Positions 1-14,256 of a DNA stretch of 64,000 nucleotides are shown here, piece after piece. The stretch comes from Eledone cirrhosa (Eukaryota). The position numbers and the translations under genes are program-made. Each line of letters opens with the position of its first letter. The stretch's first letter is position 1. The notes below the pieces were generated by a model, which was given only the letters and a program-made list of their open reading frames with translations, had not been told where the DNA came from and did not search any database. Location: positions 73,284,001 to 73,348,000 of the forward strand of contig OZ024741.1 of assembly GCA_964016885.1 (NCBI GenBank). Direction: 5' to 3'.

Positions 1-1525
1 GGTAGTGTTGGTTGTGGTGATGGTGACGGTGGTGGTAAAAGTGGTGGTGTTTGTGGTAGTGGTGGTGGTTGAAGTGGTGGTAGTGGTGGCAGTGAAGGGA
101 GAGGTGGTGGTGGTGGTGGTGGTGATGGTGGTGACGATGGTTGTAAAGGTGGTGGTGTTTGTGGTAGTGGTGGTGGTTGAAGTGGTGGTAGTGGTGGCAG
201 TGAAGGGAGAGGTGGTGGTGGTGATGGTGATGGTGACGGTGGTGGTAAAAGTGGTGGTGTTTGTGGTAGTGGTGGTGGTTGAAGTGGTGGTAGTGGTGGC
301 AGTGAAGGGAGAGGTGGTGGTGGTGGTGGTGGTGATGGTGGTGACGATGGTTGTAAAGGTGGTGGTGTTTGTGGTAGTGGTGGTGGTTGAAGTGGTGGTA
401 GTGGTGGCAGTGAAGGGAGAGGTGGTGGTGGTGATGGTGATGGTGACGGTGGTGGTAAAAGTGGTGGTGTTTGTGGTAGTGGTGGTGGTTGAAATGGTGG
501 TAGTGGTGGCAGTGAAGGGAGAGGTGGTGGTGGTGGTGGTGATGGTGGTGACGGTGGTTGTAAAGGTGGTGGTGTTTGTGGTAGTGGTGGTTGAAGTGGT
601 GGTAGTGGTGGTAGTGAAGAGAGAGGTGGTGGTGGTGGTGGTGGTGATGGTGGTGACGGTGGTTGTAAAGGTGGTGGTGTTTGTGGTAGACGTGGTGGTT
701 GAAGTGGTGGTAGTGGTGGCAGTGAAGGGAGAGGTGGTGGTGGTGATGGTGATGGTGACGATGGTTGTAAAGGTGGTGGTGTTTGTGGTAGTGGTGGTTG
801 AAGTGGTGGTAGTGGTGGCAGTGAAGGGAGAGGTGGTGGTGGTGGTGGTGATAGTGGTGACGGTGGTTGTAAAGGTGGTGGTGTTTGTGGTAGTGGTGGT
901 GGTTGAAGTGGTGGTAGTGGTGGCAGTGAAGGGAGAGGTGGTGGTGGGTGGTGGTGGTGGTGACGATTGTTGTAAAGGTGGTGGTGTTTGTGGTAGTGGT
1001 GGTTGAAGTGGTGGTAGTGGTGGCAGTGAAGGGAGATGTGGTGGTGGTGGTGGTGATAGTGGTGACGGTGGTTGTAAAGGTGGTGGTGTTTGTGGTAGTG
1101 GTGGTGGTTGAATTGGTGGTAGTGGTGGCAGTGAAGGGAGAGGTGGTGGTGGTGGTGGTGATAGTGGTGACGGTGGTTGTAAAGGTGGTGGTGTTTGTGG
1201 TAGTGGTGGTGGTGGTGATAGTGGTGACGGTGGTTGTAAAGGTGGTGGTGTTTGAAGTGGTGGTAGTGGTGGCAGTCAAGGGAGAGGTGGTGGTGGTGGT
1301 GGTGGTGGTGGTGGTGATGGTGGTGACGGTGGTTGTAACGGTGGTGGTGTTTGTGGTAGTGGTGGTTGAAGTGGTGGTAGTGGTGGCAGTGAAGGGAGAG
1401 GTGGTGGTGGTGATGGTGGTGACGGTGGTTGTAAAGGTGGTGGTGTTTGTGGTAGTGGTGGTGGTTGAAGGGGTGGTAGTGGTGGCAGTGAAGGGAGAGG
1501 TGGTGGTGGTGGTGATGGTGGGGGT
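1..1525. repeat. GTG-rich minisatellite, ~102-108 bp unit (partly alternating 108/102 bp)
   Basis: Anchor agtgaagggagag recurs at about 91, 199, 301, 409, 511 and onward to ~1487; the Val-rich ORFs are translations of this repeat. Confidence 0.95.
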
Positions 1526-1900
1526 TCGAGGAACAACAAAGAAAAACTCGGTAAAAGACTGTAAGAACCGAACTGGATAATTGGTGGGCGGTGGGTGTAA
1601 TAGTGGTTAGCAACAGCAGTAGTAAGAGCAGAAAAAGAAGAAGATAAAAATGGCTGATTTTGAGCGAGATTTGAAACGAGACATGTAAATAGGAAGAAAT
1701 AAAGAGAAGTAATTTATCTGAGTGAGGAGAGAGAAGAAGATAATCTAATGAGAGATGAAAGTAATAAAGTGGGAAATAATAATTTGGCAAGAGAATTGAA
1801 TAAAGAATGATGAGAAAGGAAAGGCAGGGAAGGAGAAAGAGAGTGGTGGGTGGGGAAAAGGTGGATTGAGAGTAAGGAGTTAGGGTGGGGTGGTCGAGGG

Positions 1901-1952
1901 AGAGAAGAAGAAGAAGAAGAAGAAGAAGAAGAAGAAGAAGAAGAAGAAGAAG

Positions 1953-1983
<31 letters not shown>

Positions 1984-2037
1984 GCCGCAGCAACAACAAC
2001 AACAACAACAACAACAGCCGCAGCAACAACAACAACA
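1901..2037. repeat. compound (GAA)n/(CAA)n microsatellite
   Basis: Seen directly. Confidence 0.95.
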
Positions 2038-2094
2038 TGGCCGAAACATGGAATTTTCTATATGTATGTCCTTATGTATGTATATATCTATCTA

Positions 2095-2163
<69 letters not shown>

Positions 2164-2480
2164 TTACATATATATTTATATATGCGTATTTATGTATCTA
2201 TATATCTGTGTTAGTATACGTATATATATGTTTATATTTATATATGTATGCATATATACATGTAATTCTCTCTCTATACATAGGTAGATGACTGAATTTG
2301 AATGTGTGTCAGTATTTCTAACGGTAAAACATAATTTCCATGTATATACATGTGTTTGAGAGTCTGTATCTGAATACATACGTATATACCTATATATATA
2401 CGTATATACCTATATACATACGTATATACCTATATATATATATATATATATATATACCTATATATATATATATATATATA

Positions 2481-2667
2481 ACAATGGAATTGTGGTAAGG
2501 AACCAGATGGACCGTAACGCACCAGAGTACTCAATACTTAGGGTAGTAGAGTGGGAAATAGGAAAAAGTATGACCCCGACGGCAGAGCTGAAGCCGTTTT
2601 GACGGCTATTTCTGGACTCCAAAATAGCCGTCGAAACGGCTTGAGCTCTGACGTCGGGGTCATACAT

Positions 2668-2671
<4 letters not shown>
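2481..2671. mobile_element. PLE terminal (pLTR) remnant, family A: inverted tail plus palindrome containing the 3' half of a hammerhead
   Basis: Palindrome 2561-2671 centred on gacggctattt/aaatagccgtc, followed by GAAAC-ggcttgagctctgac-GTC; shares sequence with copies at 9173, 13490 and 27096; embedded in (TA)n. Confidence 0.7.
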
Positions 2672-2722
<51 letters not shown>

Positions 2723-2762
2723 TTCAAAATGTTAACAAATGAAAAATATTCTCATAATCAAA

Positions 2763-2833
2763 ATATATTTATTATATATATTTCAAAGGTACTGTGTTGT
2801 ATTTTCAGTACGTCCTCATCAGACAAAATATAT
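2763..2833 (-). ncRNA. type I hammerhead ribozyme motif (possibly degenerate)
   Basis: Minus strand: atatattttgt-CTGATGA-ggacgtactg..cagtaccttt-GAAA-tatat-ATA-ataaatatat; stem II gtactg/cagtac; AT-rich stems I and III. Confidence 0.55.
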
Positions 2834-3062
2834 GATATATGATATATGACATACCGCTACGGTCTTCATTATTCAATTCCAGTATTGCCAGAATACACAT
2901 ATATATATATATATATATATAAATATAAGAAATGCGCAACCGGTAATAACTTAACACTAAAACTGAATACTAACTAATACTTATTACTAATTTATACTTA
3001 TTCCTAATTAAACTATTTTTCACTGGGAAAAATTTGTCAGCATTTTCTTTTCCTTTTTACTA

Positions 3063-3101
<39 letters not shown>

Positions 3102-3115
3102 TATATATATAATTA

Positions 3116-3146
<31 letters not shown>

Positions 3147-3221
3147 GTATGTATATATGTATGTATATATATATGTGTATGTGTGTGTGTGTATATGTAT
3201 ATATATATATATGTATGCATA

Positions 3222-3355
<134 letters not shown>

Positions 3356-3627
3356 TTATATATATCGGGTAAGAGTGAGCGACAATAGGATATATATATA
3401 CATATATATATATATATACATATATATAGGGAGAGAGGGAGAGTGACAATAGGATATATATGTATGTGTGTATGTGTGTGCCTGTGTGTGTGTATTTGTA
3501 CGTTATTTGAAAAACCAATTTTAGATGATGGTGTCTAATAATAGTCGTAAAAAAGTATAACTATTTAACTCTACTTCACGTATTGAGTTATTTATTAACT
3601 TATTGTATATTGTTTATATGTATGTAT

Positions 3628-3695
<68 letters not shown>

Positions 3696-3794
3696 TATAT
3701 ATATATATACATATACACATATATATACACACACACACATATATATATACACATATATACACACACATATATATATATATATATGTAAATGTAA

Positions 3795-3835
<41 letters not shown>

Positions 3836-3985
3836 TATATATATATACACACACATATATATATGTGTGTGTATATATATGTGTGTGTGTGAGACACACA
3901 TGATGATTGCTGCAGCTTATCAGATGATAGCCGTCTCATTACTCATTGTTCAGTTAAACTTAGCTCCAAGATGACTCACATATAC

Positions 3986-4059
<74 letters not shown>

Positions 4060-4068
<9 letters not shown>

Positions 4069-4950
4069 CGACCTTTCTTTTAGAAATGAGTTCTTGAAAA
4101 GATGTATATATGTTTGAGTTTTATCTTTTTCATTATGTTTTGGTTTGTTAGTTTTTTCCCTGTTACATTGCTGCTCGTTTGGAAGAACAAAACTTTAAAA
4201 TCCATAAGTTTATTGAGGTTTATAAACTGTTATCGGCGCTGTAGTTGCTCTAATTTTACTACCTCTTTAATTGTAAGCATAAGTATGTTCCATGACGTTT
4301 TATGTAGCACCTTCTTTCCACGCCAGGCGGGGAATAGTTACATTATTAGAACGTCGGAAGATTGCTTTGCGTTAATCGCTCCAATTTTCTGTACTCTGAG
4401 TTAAAAACCTTCGGAAGTTAAATTTATCTTCCATTTCTTTGGAGGTCGATGAAAAAAAGTTTCAGTCATATGTGGGGGTCGATTTTTCCTTTCTATCTTT
4501 TTCTCATTTCGTTTCTATCACACACACTTTTTCTCTTCTTCTCTGGAAGAAATCGGTTATGTTAAGACCTGGAGAGAGGATTGGCTCCGCCAGGTTTAAA
4601 ATGCTATTCCCCTACGGCCCTCCCACCTCTCAACGAAGAGTTATTTGCCCGTACATACACTCTTTCTTCGCCAGGATTTTATTATTTTATTATTGAATTT
4701 AAATCGTGAAGCTTGATTGTTAGAATTATTCGTTTTTTTATGTGTGTCTGTAGTTTGGCTACAACCTCTATATTAATATTGGCATTATACTCTTATGTAA
4801 ATATCGTTTCACTGTTTAAAAGACTATTTTTGTTCGGAATTCACCATAATGCACATATATCATTCTTTAGTGATCTTTTGAGCAGTTTTTGTTTTGTAGT
4901 GTGTGGTGTAGGATGTTGCAATTGCTCCGTATGGCAAGACTTCCAGAGAG
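4060..4950 (-). pseudogene. possible decayed Tx1-like ORF1 fragment
   Basis: Minus-strand peptide LFPAWRGKKV resembles FYPTYMGRRT/FYPSYMGKKT in the ORF1s at 41-48 kb; many stops; weak evidence. Confidence 0.25.
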
Positions 4951-5131
4951 TGATGTATTTGTATGGCTAATGTTACAATTAGTTTCATGATGTTATATCA
5001 TATATCGTATAATATTTTGATGATTTTTAATATACAAGATATAATATATATGAGACATAAGATATATGAGATAATATACAAGTAAAATATACGAAAATAT
5101 AACATATGTAAGATATAACATAGCAGTATAT

Positions 5132-5405
5132 AATGTTTCTACTTTTGGCACAAGGCCAGCAATTACTCCAGTGCATTACTGGTACTTTATTTTATAGACC
5201 CCGTAAAGATGAAAGGCAAAGTTAACCTCGGCGGATTTGAACTCAGAACGTAAAGGGCCTTAACTTTATGTTGCAAAGCATGGTGTCTGATGCTCTATCG
5301 ATACTGCCTAATAATTGTTTTTACTTTTGGCACAAGACCAGCAATTACACAGTACATTACTGGTACTTTATTTTATCGACCCCGTAAGGATGAAAGGCAA
5401 AGTAA
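5132..5405 (-). mobile_element. two adjacent copies of tRNA-derived SINE family 1
   Basis: Core ...ctggtactttattttatcgaccccgtaaggatgaaaggcaaag...gatttgaactc, shared with many copies in the window. Confidence 0.85.
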
Positions 5406-6363
5406 ACATGTTTGTTGGACTTCTGTCGGTTTCTACCACGAGAGTTCCTGTTGTTCGGAAGGCAGAACTGCCTGCTCATGAAAAACACCTAAATATAGTT
5501 CTCAGCGAGATTCAGCATGATACAATGTGTGGTATTGTTAGTTCTATGAACTACAGCTACAAATCATTTCCCCAGCTCAATGTTCTGGAACAACGTGAAA
5601 TAAAGTCTCTTGGTCAAGAACACAACGCGTCGTCAGGAATGGGCTAAACATTCTAACCGCGACACCATACCCCCTTCATTACTAATATAGAGACAAGATA
5701 TAAAATTATCAAATATCAAAAAACTATAAAAGTAATTTTAGCAGATCAGATATAGAAATATAAGATAGGATAAATGAGATAATTTACCATAGATAATATA
5801 TAAGTACATTATATGAAAATGCAATGTATATACAACATGGCAATGTATAATAAAATATAGACAAGATATGAAAATATCAAATTTCAGAAAACTATAAAAT
5901 TAAATAATGCAGATAAGATATCAAGAAATATATGATAATATCATATAAATATGTTAACTTGGATATCATATGTATTAAATAACAGATATTTCTTACAGAC
6001 ATGATACCTATTTTCAGTATTGATATTACTACAGCCGTCATTTACAATCGAGTATGACTTTGTAGTATGTACCAAGCTTTCGCTAAGAGTTTTAGGTGTC
6101 TATGCACAGAGACACGTTCGGCTATCACTCATTTGATCCAGCGAAGATCCAAGATGTGACACCTGGTGGGGGAGGATGTACCAGTACTGTTATTTCCTAA
6201 TTGCCCCTGAAAGGGTGAAAGGCAAGGCGAAGAGCGGCCGGATTTGATCCCAGAACGAAGAGACAATGAACAAATATCAAATGCTCTAACAACTGCCTTC
6301 AATTTTTAATAAAATATAAATATCATATTCCTACTACATGATATTTCTACTGTATTGTACAAA

Positions 6364-6427
<64 letters not shown>

Positions 6428-6590
6428 TATATATATATATGTATGTGTGCGTGTGTATGGGGGTGTATATATGTATATCTATATATATAGAGAGAGAAAG
6501 AGAGAGGGAGAGATAGAGAGAGAGGGAGGGAGAGGCGGTGGGAGGCGGGGGCAGGAAGACAAGCAAGCAAAAATACAGATGGGTAGCCAT

Positions 6591-6642
<52 letters not shown>

Positions 6643-6932
6643 GTATTAAAAAGAATGAAGTAAAAAAAACTGATGCTTTGCAGCCGATTGACACGGTACC
6701 TGAGTATAGAGTGTGGGTGGGGTCGTATCTGTGTGTGTGTGAGTATGTGTGTATTGTTCTGTGTGGCTCTGTGTATGCGTATGTGTGGCTGTGCGCGTGC
6801 GAGTATGTAGTCGTGTGTGCATGTGTGTGCATTGGGGTGCATGCGTATGACTGTGAGTGTGATTGTGTGTGTGTGACTGTGCGTATTTAGCAGTATATCT
6901 CTGGCTACATGTGTGAGTAGCTGTGTACATGT

Positions 6933-6975
<43 letters not shown>

Positions 6976-7114
6976 ACTTGGTATGTGTGGCTGTAAGTAG
7001 CTGTGTCTGTGTGGCTGTATGTGTATATATGTGTGTGTGCAGCTCTGTGTGTCTATACTCGAGTAAATGTGTCTGTATGAATAATGACTGTGTATGTGTA
7101 TGTATACGTATATG

Positions 7115-7145
<31 letters not shown>

Positions 7146-7263
7146 GTGTGTATGCGTGTGTGTGTGTGTTTTGTGTGTCTGTGTAAAGGTGTACATATAT
7201 ATATGTGTGTGCGTATGACTGTATGTGTGTACATGTATATATATATAAATATATATATAAATA

Positions 7264-7326
<63 letters not shown>

Positions 7327-7411
7327 CTGTGTAAAGGTGTACATATATATATATGTGCGTATGGCCGTATGTGTGTACATGTATATATATATAAATATAT
7401 ATATATAAATA

Positions 7412-7496
<85 letters not shown>

Positions 7497-7736
7497 ATGG
7501 TGCTACAAGACTTCTGGCAATGCTGCACACAGCTGCAGCGCTAATGAACCAAATTACAGACAATAGAATTAACACCGCTGCTGCCACTCACTGGCTTCTC
7601 TCTTTTCTACAATGTGCAGCAGGGTTCGTTGATTTGTGGTGAGAGGGAGAGAGGGAGAGAGAGAGGGGGGGTAGAGAGAGGCAGTCAGAGTGACAGGGCA
7701 AGAGAGAGAGACAGATAGACAGAGAAATACATAGAA

Positions 7737-7767
<31 letters not shown>

Positions 7768-7788
7768 TAGACAGAGAAAGACATAGCA

Positions 7789-7819
<31 letters not shown>

Positions 7820-7835
7820 AAGACATAGACAGAGA

Positions 7836-7908
<73 letters not shown>

Positions 7909-8044
7909 TGTAAGTCAATGAGGGAGAGGGAGAGAGAGAAATAAAAAAGAAAAAAGAAAGACAGACGGATAGACAGGTAGACAGACAGAGAGAAAGACAG
8001 ACTTACAGAAAAAGACATACAGACAGAGAGATAGAGAGAGGGAC

Positions 8045-8110
<66 letters not shown>

Positions 8111-8582
8111 TGTGTGTGTAAGTCAGTGAGGGCGAGAGAGAGACAGACAGAAAAAGTAAGAAGGACAGATGGATAGACAGGCAGACAGAGAGAAAGGCAG
8201 ACAGAGAGAAAGGCAGATAGACAGAGAAAGGCAGATAGACAGAGAAAGACATAGAGAGAGATAGAGAGATAGAAGGAGAGAGATATAGAGAGAGTGTAAG
8301 GGGGAGATGGTGGGAAGCAAGAGGAACGGTAAAAGGAGAACATTAGAGGGGGAGGGGAAGGAGAGTACGGGTGGTTAATGCAAGGATAAAAGAATATATT
8401 TACGACGACGTAAGTGTAAGAAAGAGAAAGAGACATTGGTGGCTTTATACGGCACATACACACACACACACCACACACACATTCATACACATACACATAC
8501 ACACACACATACACACTCACACGCATACATACACACACACACACACACACATAGACACACACACACTCACACACATACACAA

Positions 8583-8634
<52 letters not shown>

Positions 8635-9107
8635 GCGCACGCACATATATATATATATATACACGCGCAGGCACGCACACACACATATACACACACATAT
8701 ATATATATATATATATGTACATACACGGAGTGTGTGTGTATGTGTGTGTATGTATATGTGTATAATGAGCATATATATATTCTCATTATATTGTAATTGC
8801 TTCTTCATAACTTTCTAAATATGGTGGCAAATTTTAAAATAAAAGCAAATATTTTTCCTGATCAAATCTAACTTAAATATAATTGGATCTGTTGTTGTTT
8901 TTAGCTGAAAACTAATGGATAGCGAGATAATTATACACTTTTAATAATCAAATACATATAAATTAGGGATTTCAACATATTTCGGGACTTATCGCGTATG
9001 GAAACATTTATATAAATATATTGAACTGGAAACGATTGGTTCTCTCAGAAGAATCAATTAATTTAGGCTCAATCTTAGACAATGCACACGCGCACGCACA
9101 CAGGAAA

Positions 9108-9172
<65 letters not shown>

Positions 9173-9176
<4 letters not shown>

Positions 9177-9283
9177 AAAAAGTATGACCCCGACGACAGA
9201 GCTCAAGCCGTTTCGACAGCTATTTCTGGACAAGAAATATCCGTCGAAACGGCTTGAACTCTGCCGTCGGGGTCATACTTTTT

Positions 9284-9287
<4 letters not shown>
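9173..9287. mobile_element. family A palindromic half-hammerhead insertion in (TA)n
   Basis: Near-perfect ~55 bp arms taggaaaaagtatgaccccgac... / ...gtcggggtcatactttttccta. Confidence 0.75.
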
Positions 9288-9349
<62 letters not shown>

Positions 9350-9433
9350 CATATATATAGAGAGAGATGAAATTCTTTGTAAGTCCCCTTCCTCCTGTAT
9401 CTTTATCTTTCTGCATATATATATATATATATA

Positions 9434-9676
9434 TAAACGTTTGTATGTGTATAATAAAGCCAAAACAATGCAGGTATGGACATAGAATAAAGAATGCAAA
9501 TGCAAAAGATATTGTTGACAATTAGTCTTTTACCTTAGATTTATTTAAATGTCCTTAATTTTCGAGATAATATCTCTTCTTCGGAGGGAAGTAAAGCGGT
9601 TAAACCAGTGTTCTAAATAGCTTGCCAAGTCATGCTTGCATTGTTTTGACTTTATTATACATATACAAACGTTTAT
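9434..9676 (-). mobile_element. PLE pLTR remnant: ~45 bp inverted repeats enclosing a degenerate hammerhead (9552-9590)
   Basis: Arms ataaacgtttgtatgtgtataataaagccaaaacaatgcagg and its near reverse complement at 9631-9676; minus strand ccct-CcGAAGA-a-gagat att atctc-GAAA-atta-agg. Confidence 0.55.
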
Positions 9677-9779
9677 ACCTCATTACACAATGCTTCAAGT
9701 GAACTATAACTTCCTCCATATATATATTTATATCTCACATAAGAAACGGAAAATCAATGGTGCGACGAATAAGATTTAA

Positions 9780-10210
9780 AGGAATTTCTTCAGAGCTGCT
9801 GTGGAATCTGTGCTTGTTTATGGCTCTATCACTTGGACGCTAACGTCGAAACTGGAGAAAAAGCTAGACGTATGCTCCCCGCTGCTTTAAACGTATCTTG
9901 GAGGGAACACCCAACAAATAAGGATCTCTATGGCAATATACCACCTATCAGCAGGTCAATACGTGGACAGAGACTCAGATTTGCTGGTCACTGTTGGCGC
10001 AGCAAGAAAGAAATAGCAGGCGATGTATTGTTATGGAGTCCATCTCATGGAGCAAGAAACGCTGGTCGTCCCAAGAAGACATACGTCAAGCAACTTGAGG
10101 ACGATACTGGATGCACTGCGGAAGAACTAGCAAACGCTATGAGAGACAGAGATGGATGGAGGAAACGTGTCGTAGAAGGCCGAGCAAGCTCGACCTGATG
10201 ATGATGATGA
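9780..10210 (+). mobile_element. RTE-clade LINE 3' fragment with (TGA)n tail
   Basis: FFRAAVESVLVYG...RLRFAGHCWR...LLW.P.HG.R..GRP..TY....DDTG...AM.DR..WR..V is typical of the RTE ORF C-terminus; ends in tgatgatgatgatga. Confidence 0.85.
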
Positions 10211-10344
10211 AACATATTACAATCGTTTCTCTGCCGACCAGTTCGAGGCATGATCGATGCAATGATCAAACCTGACTCTGAAATCGCAAGATCCTCGGAT
10301 ATGTCTCGATTCTACGAACCAGAGTTTCCAAATGTCCAGTTATA

Positions 10345-10475
<131 letters not shown>

Positions 10476-11210
10476 GTGTGGGGGGTGGGGGTGGGGGTGG
10501 GATGTGTGCGTGTGTGTGTGTATGTGTGTGCGCGTGCGTATGTGCGCGTGTGTGTGTGTGTATGTGCGCGTGTGTGTAAATATATAAGGCGCAGCAAGTC
10601 GTCATGGTGTCAGATTATGTGCCTCGATATCTATTCCAGCTCCTTGCTCTCTAAGTTCAGATCACGTCCAAGTCATATTTGCCCTTCATCATTTCTTGGT
10701 CGATTCTTATTCTATGGTTATCTCTTTGTATCATTGACTTGCTTTCTATGGAAGAAGTCAGCTCTGTTTAGACCTGACTATGAATGTGTCATGACAGCGC
10801 TATTATCAATCTATCATGAATTAAGGACCCTTTCTTTGCTTTCCTATAATTATTCCAACAGGAAAGTGACATGCTTTTGTAACCGATGTAAGAATTTTGG
10901 TCAGGAATTTCACAACTTTCATGTTTGCAATGAAATTTATATTCAAAGTTGGTCATTTGTAGTACGTTCTATGGCTTACCACTCTGTCGTTTCGTGTTAC
11001 CAAAACGAGACTATTATGAACATTCTGATTCTGAAGATGATGCCTTGAAGACTTCGAAATATTAATATACACATGGATTTAGGAACGCTGCTGTTACAAA
11101 ATAAGCAGTAAAATCTAATAAGGAATTAGGAAAAATCCTTAATAGAAATTATCAAAATTGAACACACTTGTATTTTCAATATAACACACAAACACACACA
11201 CACACACACA

Positions 11211-11250
<40 letters not shown>

Positions 11251-11431
11251 CACAAACACACACACACGCTTGTATATATCATATATATATATTTATGGTA
11301 CCCATTTGCGTGTGCTGTATTGAGGCCAATAACTTTGTCTACTCTGGGATTTATACATAACCTTACCTATTGAGTACGCTGTGATGCAACTGGTACTGCA
11401 GCGAAACCTTATGCTAGTCTTGTCAACTTAT

Positions 11432-11587
<156 letters not shown>

Positions 11588-11603
11588 CGTGTGTGTGAGA
11601 GAG

Positions 11604-11725
11604 TTCCAGGTTCAATGGGGGTAACCACAGTAAGTAAGCTACTCAATACATTAGTAGAGCATATACAAAATTTAATATAGAAATGGCTTCTACAGGACTA
11701 GAACTGTTTCACTCGAAGGAAATCA
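11604..11725 (-). mobile_element. PLE 3' tail fragment with hammerhead 3' half
   Basis: Minus strand GAAAC-agttcta-GTC then ...ctctactaatgtattgagtag, resembling the family A tail. Confidence 0.4.
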
Positions 11726-12985
11726 ACCGGATATATATATCAGGATATATATATATAATGAGGTAGGTAGATATATATACAGAGATAAATAAAGAGACAG
11801 ATATATATAGAGAGAGAGTGAGAGAAAGAGAGATAGGCAGAGAGGGAAACAGAGATAGAGCTAGTTAGAGAGAGGCAAGTAGGTAACACCGTTGACAGAG
11901 AACTGTATGAAGGAAAGTGACGGTTTCAGAACGTTTGATCTGCAGGTGAGGCGAAACGTCACTCTGTGAGTGATGGGGCGTTGTGGGGACCAACATCTGA
12001 TTAAGCAATGACTGATCAATTCTTTTTGTGTCGGTCACCATCACAATCTCTGGTGTTCCAGGCACGTGGATATCACATCATTCCCCGCCAAGATAGAATG
12101 GCTGTTGAAGCGGAAATAGAGGGCTGTTCTACCCGAGTATACATTCACCAACATTATGTGCGCGGGGGGCAGCTGAGTTACACCATCCAGTCAAAGATAT
12201 AGTAATATCTCCTCTCCCTATTTCTTCTTCGGTCCTCTTTTCTTTCCACACTATCTTTTCTTTTTGTCATACATAAAGAAAATGAAAATTAAATAAGCGA
12301 ACTTTATAAAATAGTCTCACACCAGCATTGGTACTATTTCCTATAACTCTTTCCTGTCATTTGTATACCTCGGGAACAGAGATAGTGGATAAAAGGATTC
12401 CAGATCTATATATAAATTTGAGCGACTTCACAATGTGTGTATAAGAAGGGGGTGGTGCAAAACTATAGCAAAACAGTGGTTGGCGTTACGTTTGCTACGC
12501 TGTGTCAGAGTGTATGTCTATGTATATCTGTGTGTTTGTGTAAATGTATGTGTGTCTTTGTGTGAATATGTGTGTGCTAGTGTGAATGCGTGTGTATTTG
12601 TGTGAATGTATGTCTGTGAGTGTGTATTTTTGTAAGTGAGTCTGTGTTTGCACGTTGATATTTATATACTCATACATATAAATGTATGCATATCCACATA
12701 CACACACACACGCTCACACGCATATACACATATGCGTCAGCTTGTTGAAAAAAATCCTAGTTAAGTAAATATCAGAAATTGTGACCTAAAGAGTTGTGTT
12801 CTGTGCTGCTAAGCTGCAATGTAAATGAGATGTTATTGGTAGTGTCTCGTTACTTGTGAAAAATATGAATTTTGGGACAATAATCCGCGATTAGACTAAT
12901 AAATAGATATAGCAGAGTCTGCAAAGCATTTTAAAATACATCTTTCTGTCTCTTGTCTAACTGTCTCTGAGTCTCTCTCTCTCTC

Positions 12986-13084
<99 letters not shown>

Positions 13085-13393
13085 CTATCATTATCTCTGT
13101 CGCTCTCTCTGACTCACTGTAACTGAACAAACTATTCCTAAATTTACCTCAATCTAAAATTTCACATCATACTGACGAGATTCATCTTAAGATTAAAATA
13201 CGTATTTATGATAACAGATTTTCTGATTTTGTTATCTGCATTAATAATACAACAAATGAGTTCATCTTTATTCAGTTATATATTATTACTACTACTGAAT
13301 AAATACGAAATATATAAATCACAATTCTCTCCCTTAATAAAACATGAACCGATCACAACGATATGTATGTGTTGCATTGTATATATATGCATG

Positions 13394-13431
<38 letters not shown>

Positions 13432-13489
13432 CATATATTTATATATATATATATATGTATGTATGTAGGTATGTATATATATATATATA

Positions 13490-13649
13490 ACGAAGGAAAT
13501 GTGGTAAGGAACCAGGTGGACCATAACGCACCAAAGTACTCAATACTTAGGGTAGTAGAGTGGGTAATAGGAACAAGTAAGACCCCGACGGCTGAGCTCA
13601 AGCCGTCGAAACGGCTTGAGCTCAGCCGTCGAGGTCTTACTTGTTCCTA
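13490..13649. mobile_element. family A PLE remnant with palindrome 13568-13648
   Basis: Tail gaaggaaatgtggtaaggaaccaggtggacc...; arms fold around gccgt-cgaa-acggc; (TA)n flanks. Confidence 0.75.
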
Positions 13650-13741
13650 TATATATATATATATATATACACACAATGCAACACATATTGTTGTGATTGG
13701 TTCATATTTTTTTAAGGGACATATATATACATAATGTTCGT

Positions 13742-13776
<35 letters not shown>

Positions 13777-13793
13777 AAATTTCAAGTTATCAA

Positions 13794-13982
13794 TAATTGT
13801 TTCTACGTTAGACACAAGGCCAGCAATTACGCAGTGCATTACTGGTACTTTATTTTATCGACCCCGTAAGGATGAAAGGCAAAGTCAACCTCGGCGGGAT
13901 TTGAACTCAGATCGTAAAGGGACATAACTATGCTGGAAAGCATCGCGTCCGACCCTCTACCAATACTGCCAATCCACCGCCT
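13794..13982 (-). mobile_element. full-length SINE family 1 with target-site duplication
   Basis: A box tggcagtattgg and B box gagttcaaatcc on the minus strand; TSD ttcaagttatcaataat on both sides. Confidence 0.9.
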
Positions 13983-14132
13983 TTCAAGTTATCAATAATG
14001 TAGTGATAATATATCGTCACGTTAGAGATGAACAGCGTACGTGTAGGTTTGCTCAACGAGTATAAATTATATTCCGGAGAAAATGTAGAAAAGATGAATA
14101 TAAAATGAAAGTGCTTTTATAAAGGAATTTAT

Positions 14133-14256
14133 TAGGTATTGACATATGTTTCTGTAACAGACGGAATACCTATATATCGCTGCTTGCGTAATCATATAAT
14201 GTTAGCAAGTATTCGATAGCAAATGTATAATCAGTCGTCACTTCTTCAGAGATTTT
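14133..14256 (-). ncRNA. hammerhead motif with long stem II insert; proximal stem I unsupported
   Basis: CTGAAGA (14249-14243), stem II gtgac/gttac, GAAAC, palindromic acatatgt, GTC. Confidence 0.5.

Noticed and set aside
5-1580. Val-rich + strand proteins
   Set aside because: Translations of a GTG-rich minisatellite with no ATG start or domain.
11028-11070. Hammerhead CTGAAGA...GAAA
   Set aside because: Boxes are present but stems I and II do not pair convincingly.
13794-13982. tRNA genes at SINE heads
   Set aside because: A and B boxes are present, but there is no cloverleaf and the sequence continues into a SINE body with TSDs.
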